From Bacteroides sp. (GTDB lineage: Bacteria > Bacteroidota > Bacteroidia > Bacteroidales > Muribaculaceae): DNA of 64,000 bases. This document shows, one piece after another, positions 19,246 to 27,489 of the stretch; positions within the stretch are counted from its first letter, which is position 1; the number at the start of each line of letters is the position of its first letter. The notes beneath the pieces were generated by a model. That model worked only from the letters and a program-made list of their open reading frames with translations, searched no databases and was not told where the DNA came from. Location of the stretch: contig JAAVCM010000003.1 in assembly GCA_014802345.1 (NCBI GenBank), positions 6,890 to 70,889 of the forward strand, read 5' to 3'. Made by a program: the position numbers and the translations under genes.

Positions 19246-22200
19246 TTACAGGTTTATCAGTCCCTGTGCTTTGGAGCTGATATGATTTGCCAACCCTTTG
19301 CCGGCTGCAATCTCTGTTTCACCGGGTAGACCGAGACAGAAGCGTGTGATACCTTCCAGTGCGCTCACCTTACAGTGCATCTCAAATGGAAATTTGTTTT
19401 TTGAAACGGAAGTATTGGCGGCTATCGGGGCATCGGGGTGTTCCTCTTTGAGCAATTGAGCGGCGTATGATGTCAGGAGCAGACGCACGTCGATGGCTTT
19501 TGAATCTTCCACAAGGAATCCGAATGGGTCAAGATTGACATTGGGCGAACATTTGCGGTCCGTCCATCCCTTCGATGAAATCTCCACACGGCTGCATCGT
19601 GCAATCTTGAATATACGTCCCTCCCTGCGTCCACGATCATAGCCGTAGACCATACCCTGATGCGGCCACACACGGTATGGCTCTATTTCGCGGTCCTGTA
19701 CGCCTGACGCTGAAGCATAGTCTTTAAGAATCACGACTTTCTTGTTGATAAGTGCGGAGCGGAGCGAGACGATAGCCGTGTTCTCCGAGGAGCCTCGGGC
19801 AGTCTTGTAGGCCATAATCTCCTGTTCGAGCTGTTGGGTGAGGGGGATTGTGGAGCCGGAACGACGCACATAACTCTCACTGAAATCGGCAGGCCGCGGA
19901 CGGTTATTGAACTTGACTACTCCGTAGGGGTAGGGCTTGACATGGATGTGGAGCAACTGTTTCCCCTCGTCGTTGACCTCGTCCTCGTAGGTCACGTTCA
20001 ATCCGGTGATGTCGAGCGAGGAGACAGTGGAATCCAGTCGGTCGACAAACGTATTGTCTATCAGTAGCTGTACATAGGTACGGTAGCGGTCGAGGTTCGG
20101 TTCGTTGATGAGTCTTTGACGGTAGAGTTCGGCAATGTCTCCTTCCACCCCTTCGGCATATCCGCCGTCGTTGACACCGAGGATTAGTTTCCCTCCTGTC
20201 CGCGAATTGAGGAATCCGCAGACGGTTTTCAATATAGCCCATTTCTGATAGTTGTGGTTGGCGGTGGACTGGCGGTTGAGTGGCGGGAAAACTATTGAGG
20301 TCTTGAATTCCTGAGTCGAATTCTCCATTCCGTAGTGAGTGCGTTTTGAGAGTATCGGCATATATTCCTCCTCTGCGCCGATGGTCCGTGCAATCTCACG
20401 CTTTATATTGTTCAGTTCGATATCCCCGACTATATCGACAATCTCATTTGATGCCTTGACGAGCGATTCGACACGGTCGACTATTTTAGCCGCGTCATAT
20501 TCGGTTGTCTTTGCAGCCGTCAGACCGCTTTTGCGGCTTTTGTAAGAAGCGAGAGCATCGACCACACTCTTGCAGGCGGAGGCATTGGGGATTTCAGCAA
20601 TCTCCGCTTCGCTGAGTTTGAGCGGCATGACATCGGAATTGCCTGCAAAGGCTACGAGTCTTGAAAGGTAGCTGCGCTCAACGGAGACGGCATCCACGTC
20701 TTTTTCCTGTCCGCTGAGGCGACTGAGGATTGCGACAATCGACAGATATGTGAGCCGTTCGGCGGGAGAGAGTGACGAGGCTGCCGTCTGGCGCCACAGA
20801 AGGCGGGCGAGTGCCACGACCGGGCGTTGGTCGGTCAGGATTCGGTCGACCTTCGCTCCATATTCCATTGCATCAGTCCCGCCGGCATCGATAACCATTT
20901 TTTCAAGGCACGCATCAATCATGTTATAGGATGCTTTACTTCTGTCGAAAGGTTTATCATCAAAGGGGAAGGGATCAGCAGCCGGAAAGCAATACATATT
21001 GAATTTCTCTTTGTCCAACGGGGGACGCTGATAGTAGAAAGTCACCCTGACAGGTTTATTCGCTTGGAGAGTGTTTATGAATTCCTGCCTTATATCATCG
21101 GATAGTTCGTCAATTTTTGAGGTCTCCATGCCGACTCTTACCCCGTCCTCCGTCAGAAGCTGATAACCGTTCCTATATGAGCTATCGTAGATGGCCAAGA
21201 CCGTTTTGGCGGTACTTTCGGCTGCCGACAGACGATAGGCCTTCTCAAATTCTTCAGTGATGTCAAACCGGTTTTCTCCATTGGGCGCTACCTTGTATTT
21301 GGAAATAAATACATCCTTTGACTGTACACTTTTAAGGACTTTCTGTGCATCGGGGCGAAACTTATCGTTGGTCCAGACATTGAGTATTCCACGCAAATTT
21401 TCATATTCAGGATCAATGGTCTCAACGATGACCTTTGGGAGCGGATAGCCATCCTTGAAGTCTATGACCCTTATTCGGACCGTATCGTCGACGGCATATT
21501 TTTTAAGATTCTTCCTTACTGATGGCTGTACCTGCTTCTGGGCATCAATGACAAAGTTGTAAGAGCTGTAACGTTCCTTGAAATTCTTTGGTGTGTCGGC
21601 ATTTTCAGGACTGACATATAGTCTGATTCTATCGTCGGCTGTGACTTGAAGCGCGGCATTTGTTTTCTGACATTTTAAAAGATTCATTTCAGGATAGAGG
21701 TTTATTGTCCCGTCAGGCAACAGATGTAGACAACCCTTTCCCTCATAACCTATTATCTCTTTGTCAGACGATGAGTTCCTGTAAACGGTCTCTCCTATGC
21801 GGTTGATAAAGAATTGCAGGTTGAAACCGTCGCGCTCGATGGTCGCCCATGTGAATTTCAGATCTGAAATCTGTTTTCCGCTCATGGCAGAGATGACCAC
21901 CCTCTGTAACCGTGAGAGTGTTTCCGCAGGTATATTTTTAGAAATAAAAGGAATCAGGTTGGCAAGCGATGTCATTACTGCCGACGTGTCGCGTCCGCTC
22001 TTATGCTCCGCCAGCAGGGTCAGTCCCATAAGACGTATTGTCTTAATAGGGTCAATATCCTCAGGGAGTGGATAATATACCGGTGTCACCGCAAGCCGAT
22101 GTCCGACCTCGTCACATAGTTCCTCCATACATTGTATGGTAGACAGAAAATCGGAGCGTTCATCCAATTTTTCGGTATTGTATGGGAAGTCTTTTAGATA

Positions 22201-22260
22201 TGCAAAGAGGTCTTCAAAATTTTCAAGGATGTATTCTTTTTTTACTTTTAACCAGAACAT
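19246..22260 (-). CDS. Large protein with Schlafen/AlbA_2 domain and C-terminal WYL(-WCX) domain; putative defence protein
   Basis: ENSTQEFKTS ... ILKTVCGFLNSRTGGKLILGVNDGGYAEGV ... YVRRSGST (AlbA_2, ~19830-20335); ALINKKVVILKDYAS...REIEPYRV...VYGYDRGRREGRIFKIARCSRV (WYL, ~19570-19780). Confidence 0.8.
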   Translation of the reverse strand: MFWLKVKKEYILENFEDLFAYLKDFPYNTEKLDERSDFLSTIQCMEELCDEVGHRLAVTPVYYPLPEDIDPIKTIRLMGLTLLAEHKSGRDTSAVMTSLANLIPFISKNIPAETLSRLQRVVISAMSGKQISDLKFTWATIERDGFNLQFFINRIGETVYRNSSSDKEIIGYEGKGCLHLLPDGTINLYPEMNLLKCQKTNAALQVTADDRIRLYVSPENADTPKNFKERYSSYNFVIDAQKQVQPSVRKNLKKYAVDDTVRIRVIDFKDGYPLPKVIVETIDPEYENLRGILNVWTNDKFRPDAQKVLKSVQSKDVFISKYKVAPNGENRFDITEEFEKAYRLSAAESTAKTVLAIYDSSYRNGYQLLTEDGVRVGMETSKIDELSDDIRQEFINTLQANKPVRVTFYYQRPPLDKEKFNMYCFPAADPFPFDDKPFDRSKASYNMIDACLEKMVIDAGGTDAMEYGAKVDRILTDQRPVVALARLLWRQTAASSLSPAERLTYLSIVAILSRLSGQEKDVDAVSVERSYLSRLVAFAGNSDVMPLKLSEAEIAEIPNASACKSVVDALASYKSRKSGLTAAKTTEYDAAKIVDRVESLVKASNEIVDIVGDIELNNIKREIARTIGAEEEYMPILSKRTHYGMENSTQEFKTSIVFPPLNRQSTANHNYQKWAILKTVCGFLNSRTGGKLILGVNDGGYAEGVEGDIAELYRQRLINEPNLDRYRTYVQLLIDNTFVDRLDSTVSSLDITGLNVTYEDEVNDEGKQLLHIHVKPYPYGVVKFNNRPRPADFSESYVRRSGSTIPLTQQLEQEIMAYKTARGSSENTAIVSLRSALINKKVVILKDYASASGVQDREIEPYRVWPHQGMVYGYDRGRREGRIFKIARCSRVEISSKGWTDRKCSPNVNLDPFGFLVEDSKAIDVRLLLTSYAAQLLKEEHPDAPIAANTSVSKNKFPFEMHCKVSALEGITRFCLGLPGETEIAAGKGLANHISSKAQGLINL

Positions 22261-22933
22261 AGGCGATGTGGGAAATGATACCCTTAGCAGGCGGATTGAA
22301 TTTCAATAATATATCTTTGGCAAAGTTAATAAAATTTTTGGAATTTCGGCGAATCAGACCGACGGAGCGGCCTTGTTATATCAAGGCTCTTTCATTTAAG
22401 ATTAGCTTACCATTTCAAAAATGATGTTGTTTTATATGGGAGACTTTTCGTACGGAGAAAGTCTTTACGCTTTTTCGAACCCTTATCAAAGGACGGATTT
22501 AGCCAGACAGATGAGAATTTTCGGGTGATGATTTAAGCGTCGGATTATTAATGAAATAAGAGACTGAAAAATTTAGTCAAGTGACAGATCTTCCATAACT
22601 TTAATACTGACCATCAAATAGTTACCGAGAAAATTATGACATTTGGTCAGAATTGTTTGAACGGAGCACACACGAGAGATTGTAGCACAAAAGTCGGAAA
22701 TAAATTTGATACGCGAGTGTGTTTCTTAAATCCAAAATAAATTTTTTTAGATTTTAAGACTAAAATAACTGCCTGAAATACAATCATGAAAATTACCCGA
22801 TTCGTTGTGAATCATATAAGGGTTGTTTTGATCTTAATGAGGGCTTAAATGAAAGAGCCATATACGGCAATATTCCCTTTGGGCATTTTTTGCGTTAAGT
22901 GGCTAGCTCGTTAGGTAATTTCATAGATACGAG

Positions 22934-22978
22934 TAGTATGTTGACGACAGTTAATATTATATCTAAATTTGCATACTA
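22934..22978 (+). promoter_or_regulatory. Promoter of C-R operon (TAAATTTG at 22964-22971) flanked by inverted TAGTATG...CATACTA
   Basis: -7 consensus match; the inverted heptamer is only a tentative operator. Confidence 0.4.
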
Positions 22979-23013
22979 AATATAGCGCAAAAGTGACTCA
23001 AATAGACAGAACA

Positions 23014-23214
23014 ATGATTACGTTTGGAAAGAATGTTCAAGTAGCGCGGCAAGTACTCGGTATTTCACAGGAGGAGTTGGCGTTTAGAGCTGGACTTCAC
23101 AGAACGTATATCGGTATGGTGGAACGCGCAGAACGTTCAATATCTCTTCAAAATGCAAAGAAGATTGCAGACGCGCTTAATGTGAAAATAGATAATCTGC
23201 TCGATAATGGCTGA
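23014..23214 (+). CDS. XRE-family HTH controller (C) protein of the RM system
   Basis: ISQEELAFRAGLHRTYIGMVERAERSISL (HRTY motif of C proteins); overlaps endonuclease start. Confidence 0.85.
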   Translation: MITFGKNVQVARQVLGISQEELAFRAGLHRTYIGMVERAERSISLQNAKKIADALNVKIDNLLDNG

Positions 23215-25132
23215 AAAGTATATACGAATTCATGGAGATAATATTGTAGAATGTGATCGAACACTTAGTATGATACATGAATCATTAGGAGGCACTATTA
23301 CTCTTATGGATAGCCCTATATTCATGCCCACATACGAAGTTAAAATTAGAGACCATGTTTTTCGTATCGAGCTATTATCTGGACATGGACGCTGGGGTGT
23401 GAATATTGGGAACCATTTAATGGAAAATGGAGGAATTCTTCGTGAAGGTGCCGATTCATATATTTCTGAAGTTTTAGGGGGAGAAGAAAAATTATTATTA
23501 GCCATAGAGTACTGTTCGGCTTTGCCTGCTGGTAATAATGCATGGCAAAGAAATGGACGCGCATTATCGTCAGTTCTTGCCGGTGTACCTTACTTATTTA
23601 TGGCTGAATTAGGAGGGGTCGAATTGAATGGGAAAAGAGAGGCTATTGCTCCGAGAAAACCAAATCCTATTGTACCATTCTCCTACTTAACAACCACAAA
23701 GGATTATTCAACATTATGTACTCCTGTTTATCGGCCACATCCCTCTATTACAGATGAGTTATATTCTTTCTTTAATGATGTTTTTGGGTATTCTGATAGT
23801 CTAAATATAATACGAGGGATATTGCTCGGTTATGACATTGAAGAAAGTATAGGTATCTTGGCTAATAAGAGTTTAATATTGGTGGAAACTTTATCTGGAG
23901 AGAAGAAACGTGCAACAACTCTTAAAGGCAACGCTTGGACGGAATATTTAGAGTGTGATGATAGAGCAAACTGGATTCTGCAAAATTCAAAAATGATTTG
24001 GAATAAGAAGACATCCGATAAAGTAAAGACTCCGCAACGAATGAAATATTTATTGGTAGAAGCAAAAAGTCTTAAGTTGAACACAATCGGAGCTTCTGAT
24101 ATTCCAATTTGTCTTATTCCTAAAACTCGAATAAATGAATTTGAAGAATTACTTAAGCAAAAATACTCTGAATTAGAAATAAGCTTACCTAAAGATAAAC
24201 CATTAGCAGTAGTATGGATTACTGGTTACAAGCCAACTGGAGAAGATTCACGACCTGACCGAGGCTTGTGTCCTTTGGCCAAGATGGTATTGAAGGACTC
24301 TGCACATATAATAAGTATAGTATATGGACCGGCAAAAGAAAAAACTTGGAAGCTATTAGAAAAAGGGATTGATGTTCTTGCTTCTAATAATGGGTTATGG
24401 CAGTCCATTTATAAAATTTGCGATGGAGTTCTAATTGATAGTGTCACTAAAGCTAAGCCGGAATATATCAAAATTAAACAGTTGCCCATTATAGCACAAT
24501 CAGAATTAAAAATCTCATATAATTCTGAATATAATGTAACGCATTCTGAGCACGATATAGATACGGCTATTCACCAAATTTTAACGAGAAGCGGCTTGGC
24601 TGAGTGTCTTTGTAATCCTCCTGGTGGGGATTGGTCTGGAATTAATTTCTATCGGAATGGTAACATTTATAGATGGACTTCATTACCTCGTGTTTCGGAA
24701 ATAGGAGGTAAGAGACCTGACCATGTGTTTCAACAAGAACTAAATGACGGAAATTTATTCATTTCAATTGAATCCAAAGGAAAAGGTTCTGATCTTGAAG
24801 ATGGAATAGGTATTAATTTGATTGCCTATTTGAATGACTTATTCTCATTAGTTCCAACAAGTATAAAAAGAGTAAATACTGAATGGCGACTATATAATAA
24901 TCGCGCTGACTTGGGTGAGTATCATGTAATCTCTGTAGGAGCGTTTATTTATAAAAATGATGAAGAATTAAAAGTACAAATTGAGCGCGGAAGTTTGGAT
25001 TGTATTATAGCATTTGAATTTCAAAAGCCATCAGTTGTGCATATACTTTCAAACGACAATGGTCAACTCGTTGAAAATTTCGTCAAAAAGGCTTCCGAAA
25101 GAATTAGAGGGTTTGAAGTTAAGATACACTGA
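23207..25132 (+). CDS. Type IIS restriction endonuclease, Mva1269I/BsmI-like (two catalytic domains)
   Basis: GDNIVEC, EGAD, SALPAGNNAWQRNGRA, DSRPDRGL, NGLWQSI, EHDIDT, CNPPGGDWSG, KRPDH...IESKG (PD-(D/E)xK) match my recollection of Mva1269I; sits between C gene and two MTases. Confidence 0.78.
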   Translation: MAEKYIRIHGDNIVECDRTLSMIHESLGGTITLMDSPIFMPTYEVKIRDHVFRIELLSGHGRWGVNIGNHLMENGGILREGADSYISEVLGGEEKLLLAIEYCSALPAGNNAWQRNGRALSSVLAGVPYLFMAELGGVELNGKREAIAPRKPNPIVPFSYLTTTKDYSTLCTPVYRPHPSITDELYSFFNDVFGYSDSLNIIRGILLGYDIEESIGILANKSLILVETLSGEKKRATTLKGNAWTEYLECDDRANWILQNSKMIWNKKTSDKVKTPQRMKYLLVEAKSLKLNTIGASDIPICLIPKTRINEFEELLKQKYSELEISLPKDKPLAVVWITGYKPTGEDSRPDRGLCPLAKMVLKDSAHIISIVYGPAKEKTWKLLEKGIDVLASNNGLWQSIYKICDGVLIDSVTKAKPEYIKIKQLPIIAQSELKISYNSEYNVTHSEHDIDTAIHQILTRSGLAECLCNPPGGDWSGINFYRNGNIYRWTSLPRVSEIGGKRPDHVFQQELNDGNLFISIESKGKGSDLEDGIGINLIAYLNDLFSLVPTSIKRVNTEWRLYNNRADLGEYHVISVGAFIYKNDEELKVQIERGSLDCIIAFEFQKPSVVHILSNDNGQLVENFVKKASERIRGFEVKIH

Positions 25133-25921
25133 TTCGGAAATAATATCCTTCTTCTTTTCGATGAGTTTCGAAAAAGAAGAATTACCAGTATTTACATAAA
25201 ATTTATGGTTATAAAGTTCAGAGGGAGGAGCAAAATTATATACTCTCCCCCCAGAGCTTCCGTCAAAAGTTAGCATCCAGTATGCTCCAATTGAGTTTAA
25301 TCGTTCTAATTCAGCGTAAAATTCGGACAACGAAAACTCACTGTGGGTATATCTATCTTTTGTCCCTCCGTATGGCGGATCAAGAAAAACGAAATCACCT
25401 TTCCGAACATTTGATAGACATTCCCGATAATCGGTATTTAGAAATTCAAATTTACTAATGACGTTGCTCCATTGAACAAGTATTCGAGTCAAGGTATTAG
25501 GATGAATTCCTGGCCTTGATAGGTGGAAGGAATTATTGAAATCACCGTCACTGTTATAACGTATCATTCCGTTTACACAAGTTCTTGTAATAAATAGGAA
25601 GTCTAAACAGTTTCTTGTTTTATTGAAGTTGTCACGGATTTTATAATATACTTCCTGACCCTCTCGTTGCAGTAATTCCCAACGAGTGCGATATTCCTCT
25701 GCTACAAATAATGGATCAGCCTTAATTAAATTCCATAACTCGATAAGTTCGGGAATTATATCACTTGCGAATCCATGAGATGATTTTGAAAATGGCATCA
25801 TAGCACCACCTCCGACAAATGGTTCAAAATATTGTGGTGCTTGAATAATGTATTGCGACAATTCCGAAGCAACGGTGCGTTTACTTCCGAACCATTTTAT
25901 AACAGGAGGAAATGGTTTCAT
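25049..25921 (-). CDS. Dam-like (D12 class, alpha group) N6-adenine DNA methyltransferase
   Basis: IKWFGSK, YFEPFVGGGA, NGMIRYNSDGDFN, FVFLDPPY; 3' end overlaps endonuclease by 84 bp. Confidence 0.9.
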   Translation of the reverse strand: MKPFPPVIKWFGSKRTVASELSQYIIQAPQYFEPFVGGGAMMPFSKSSHGFASDIIPELIELWNLIKADPLFVAEEYRTRWELLQREGQEVYYKIRDNFNKTRNCLDFLFITRTCVNGMIRYNSDGDFNNSFHLSRPGIHPNTLTRILVQWSNVISKFEFLNTDYRECLSNVRKGDFVFLDPPYGGTKDRYTHSEFSLSEFYAELERLNSIGAYWMLTFDGSSGGRVYNFAPPSELYNHKFYVNTGNSSFSKLIEKKKDIISESVYLNFKPSNSFGSLFDEIFNELTIVV

Positions 25922-26739
25922 TAGAATAGTAAGTTAACTTTGTTACTTAATGCTGTTTCAAGTCTTTTTTGAGCAAGATTGTAATATTCGTTGTCTATTT
26001 CAAAACCTATTACATTCATCCCATAATTTAGACCTGCAACCATTTCGGTCCCAGACCCAACAAATGGAACCAATAGAGTTCCATTTGGAACTCCACTAAT
26101 CAGCAAAATTCGTTCTGCCACTCGAATAGGCTTCTGCGTAGGATGCGAACCAAATTGTAATTCGTCCTTTGACTTATTGTTTGGAATATCCCATACTGTG
26201 CGCATCTGCTTACCTGGTTCTTTCAGCATATCGTAGGAGGCTGAAAAAGTTTTAGAATCCTCATAATTGAAAGTGTATTTACGATTCTTATCGCCTCCTT
26301 TGTGTACCCAAAGAATAGTTTCGTGACTTGCAGTCAACCGCCTACCTGAAAGATTGGGAAAAGAGTTTCGTTTATACCAAGCAATTTCGTTGATAATTTC
26401 CAATCCTAAAAGTTGACAACACACATTCACGAAGCCGGAATTATGGTATGTTGAATGAATCCATATAGACCCTGTGGGTTTTATAATCCGCTTAAGTTCT
26501 TTGAGCCATTCAAATGTGCTTAAAAAAGAGTCATTCTGAGAAAGAAGATCCCATGCCTCACTTGTTAGCTTCCAATCGCCACCGAAGCCCTTAATCTTAT
26601 TCTGGGCTCCATAAGCCCAATTTTTAGTTGTAGATGCACCATAAGGAGGGTCAACAATACATAAGTCGCAAGAGTCGTCTTGAAGATCTCTAAGACCTTC
26701 AAATACATCCCCAAGAATTAGTTTATAGTTATTATTCAT
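25921..26739 (-). CDS. Beta-class N6/N4 DNA methyltransferase
   Basis: DLCIVDPPY precedes HPTQKP and VPFVGSGT (beta motif order); ATG 26739 preferred over GTG 26772; stop overlaps start of next MTase. Confidence 0.9.
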   Translation of the reverse strand: MNNNYKLILGDVFEGLRDLQDDSCDLCIVDPPYGASTTKNWAYGAQNKIKGFGGDWKLTSEAWDLLSQNDSFLSTFEWLKELKRIIKPTGSIWIHSTYHNSGFVNVCCQLLGLEIINEIAWYKRNSFPNLSGRRLTASHETILWVHKGGDKNRKYTFNYEDSKTFSASYDMLKEPGKQMRTVWDIPNNKSKDELQFGSHPTQKPIRVAERILLISGVPNGTLLVPFVGSGTEMVAGLNYGMNVIGFEIDNEYYNLAQKRLETALSNKVNLLF

Positions 26740-27420
26740 TTTAATAAAACAAGAACTCTTTAGGGGTTTCACAAGCCGACCAAGGCTTTTAGGCCATCTC
26801 GGAGCTCTTATATTATTGCGATTACGCTTTTGGTCTATTTGTGAAAAAGAAACAAGTTTCTTCCTAAATGCAAAGTTAGCAAAATTTTTCGAATATCCGG
26901 AGTTTTAATAATTGATGATGAATAATCGTAAACCTAAATTGAGTTTAAAAAGTAGGACTCCTACTGTTCAGGTATGGTTTCGGACTCATTGTTAAATAAC
27001 ATCACCGAAAGGACTGGTTTATTAGGTAAATTTTCTACTTTCGCAAGTATTGTTCTCGGATTACTTTAATACTAACTTCACCTTTTCTTCCTGCATCTAG
27101 AACAATACGTTGGAGAATTTCGTATTGGTAGATACCTAATTTATGCAATATCTTACTGTACGGTTGAGTACAAAAATCTTCATTTGTACCTTCAATGAGC
27201 ATACCCATAAGTTTAGTAACACCTAAGGTTTAGTGTCTGTTAGGTTTAATCCCCTTGAATATCACATATTTCATTAATAAAATCGTTATCAATAAGTGAT
27301 TGATATAGAGTAGATATAATGGTCTTGACAAACACATAATTACTTAACAAAATAAGTAAAGAAATCTACCTTAGAGTTGATGTATACCGATGGAGTAGAG
27401 TTGTTATATTGCCTGTCGGA

Positions 27421-27456
27421 TAAAAAAAGAGAGTCCGGCATAGAGCCGGACCCTCT
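27421..27456 (-). terminator. Intrinsic terminator of the pectinesterase operon
   Basis: AGAGAGTCCGGC/GCCGGACCCTCT hairpin with 7-T run on minus strand. Confidence 0.75.
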
Positions 27457-27489
27457 CGGGTGATAGAATTGAATCTGGAATGAACAGGT

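Larger units (their letters stand above)
22300..27420. mobile_element. AT-rich, probably horizontally acquired restriction-modification islet (no integrase or transposase seen)
   Basis: Visibly lower GC and AT-rich codon usage than flanks; contains only C, R, M, M genes; boundaries approximate. Confidence 0.6.

Noticed and set aside
22320-26900. Similar sequences GCAAAGTTA..AAAATTTTT.GAAT at ~22320 and ~26870 as att sites of the RM islet
   Set aside because: Both are explained as minus-strand TAACTTTG promoters of the Schlafen-WYL and MTase genes; imperfect match and no integrase.
26780-27420. AT-rich 640-bp gap as gene remnant or ncRNA
   Set aside because: No recognisable ORF, repeat or stable structure could be supported by eye.
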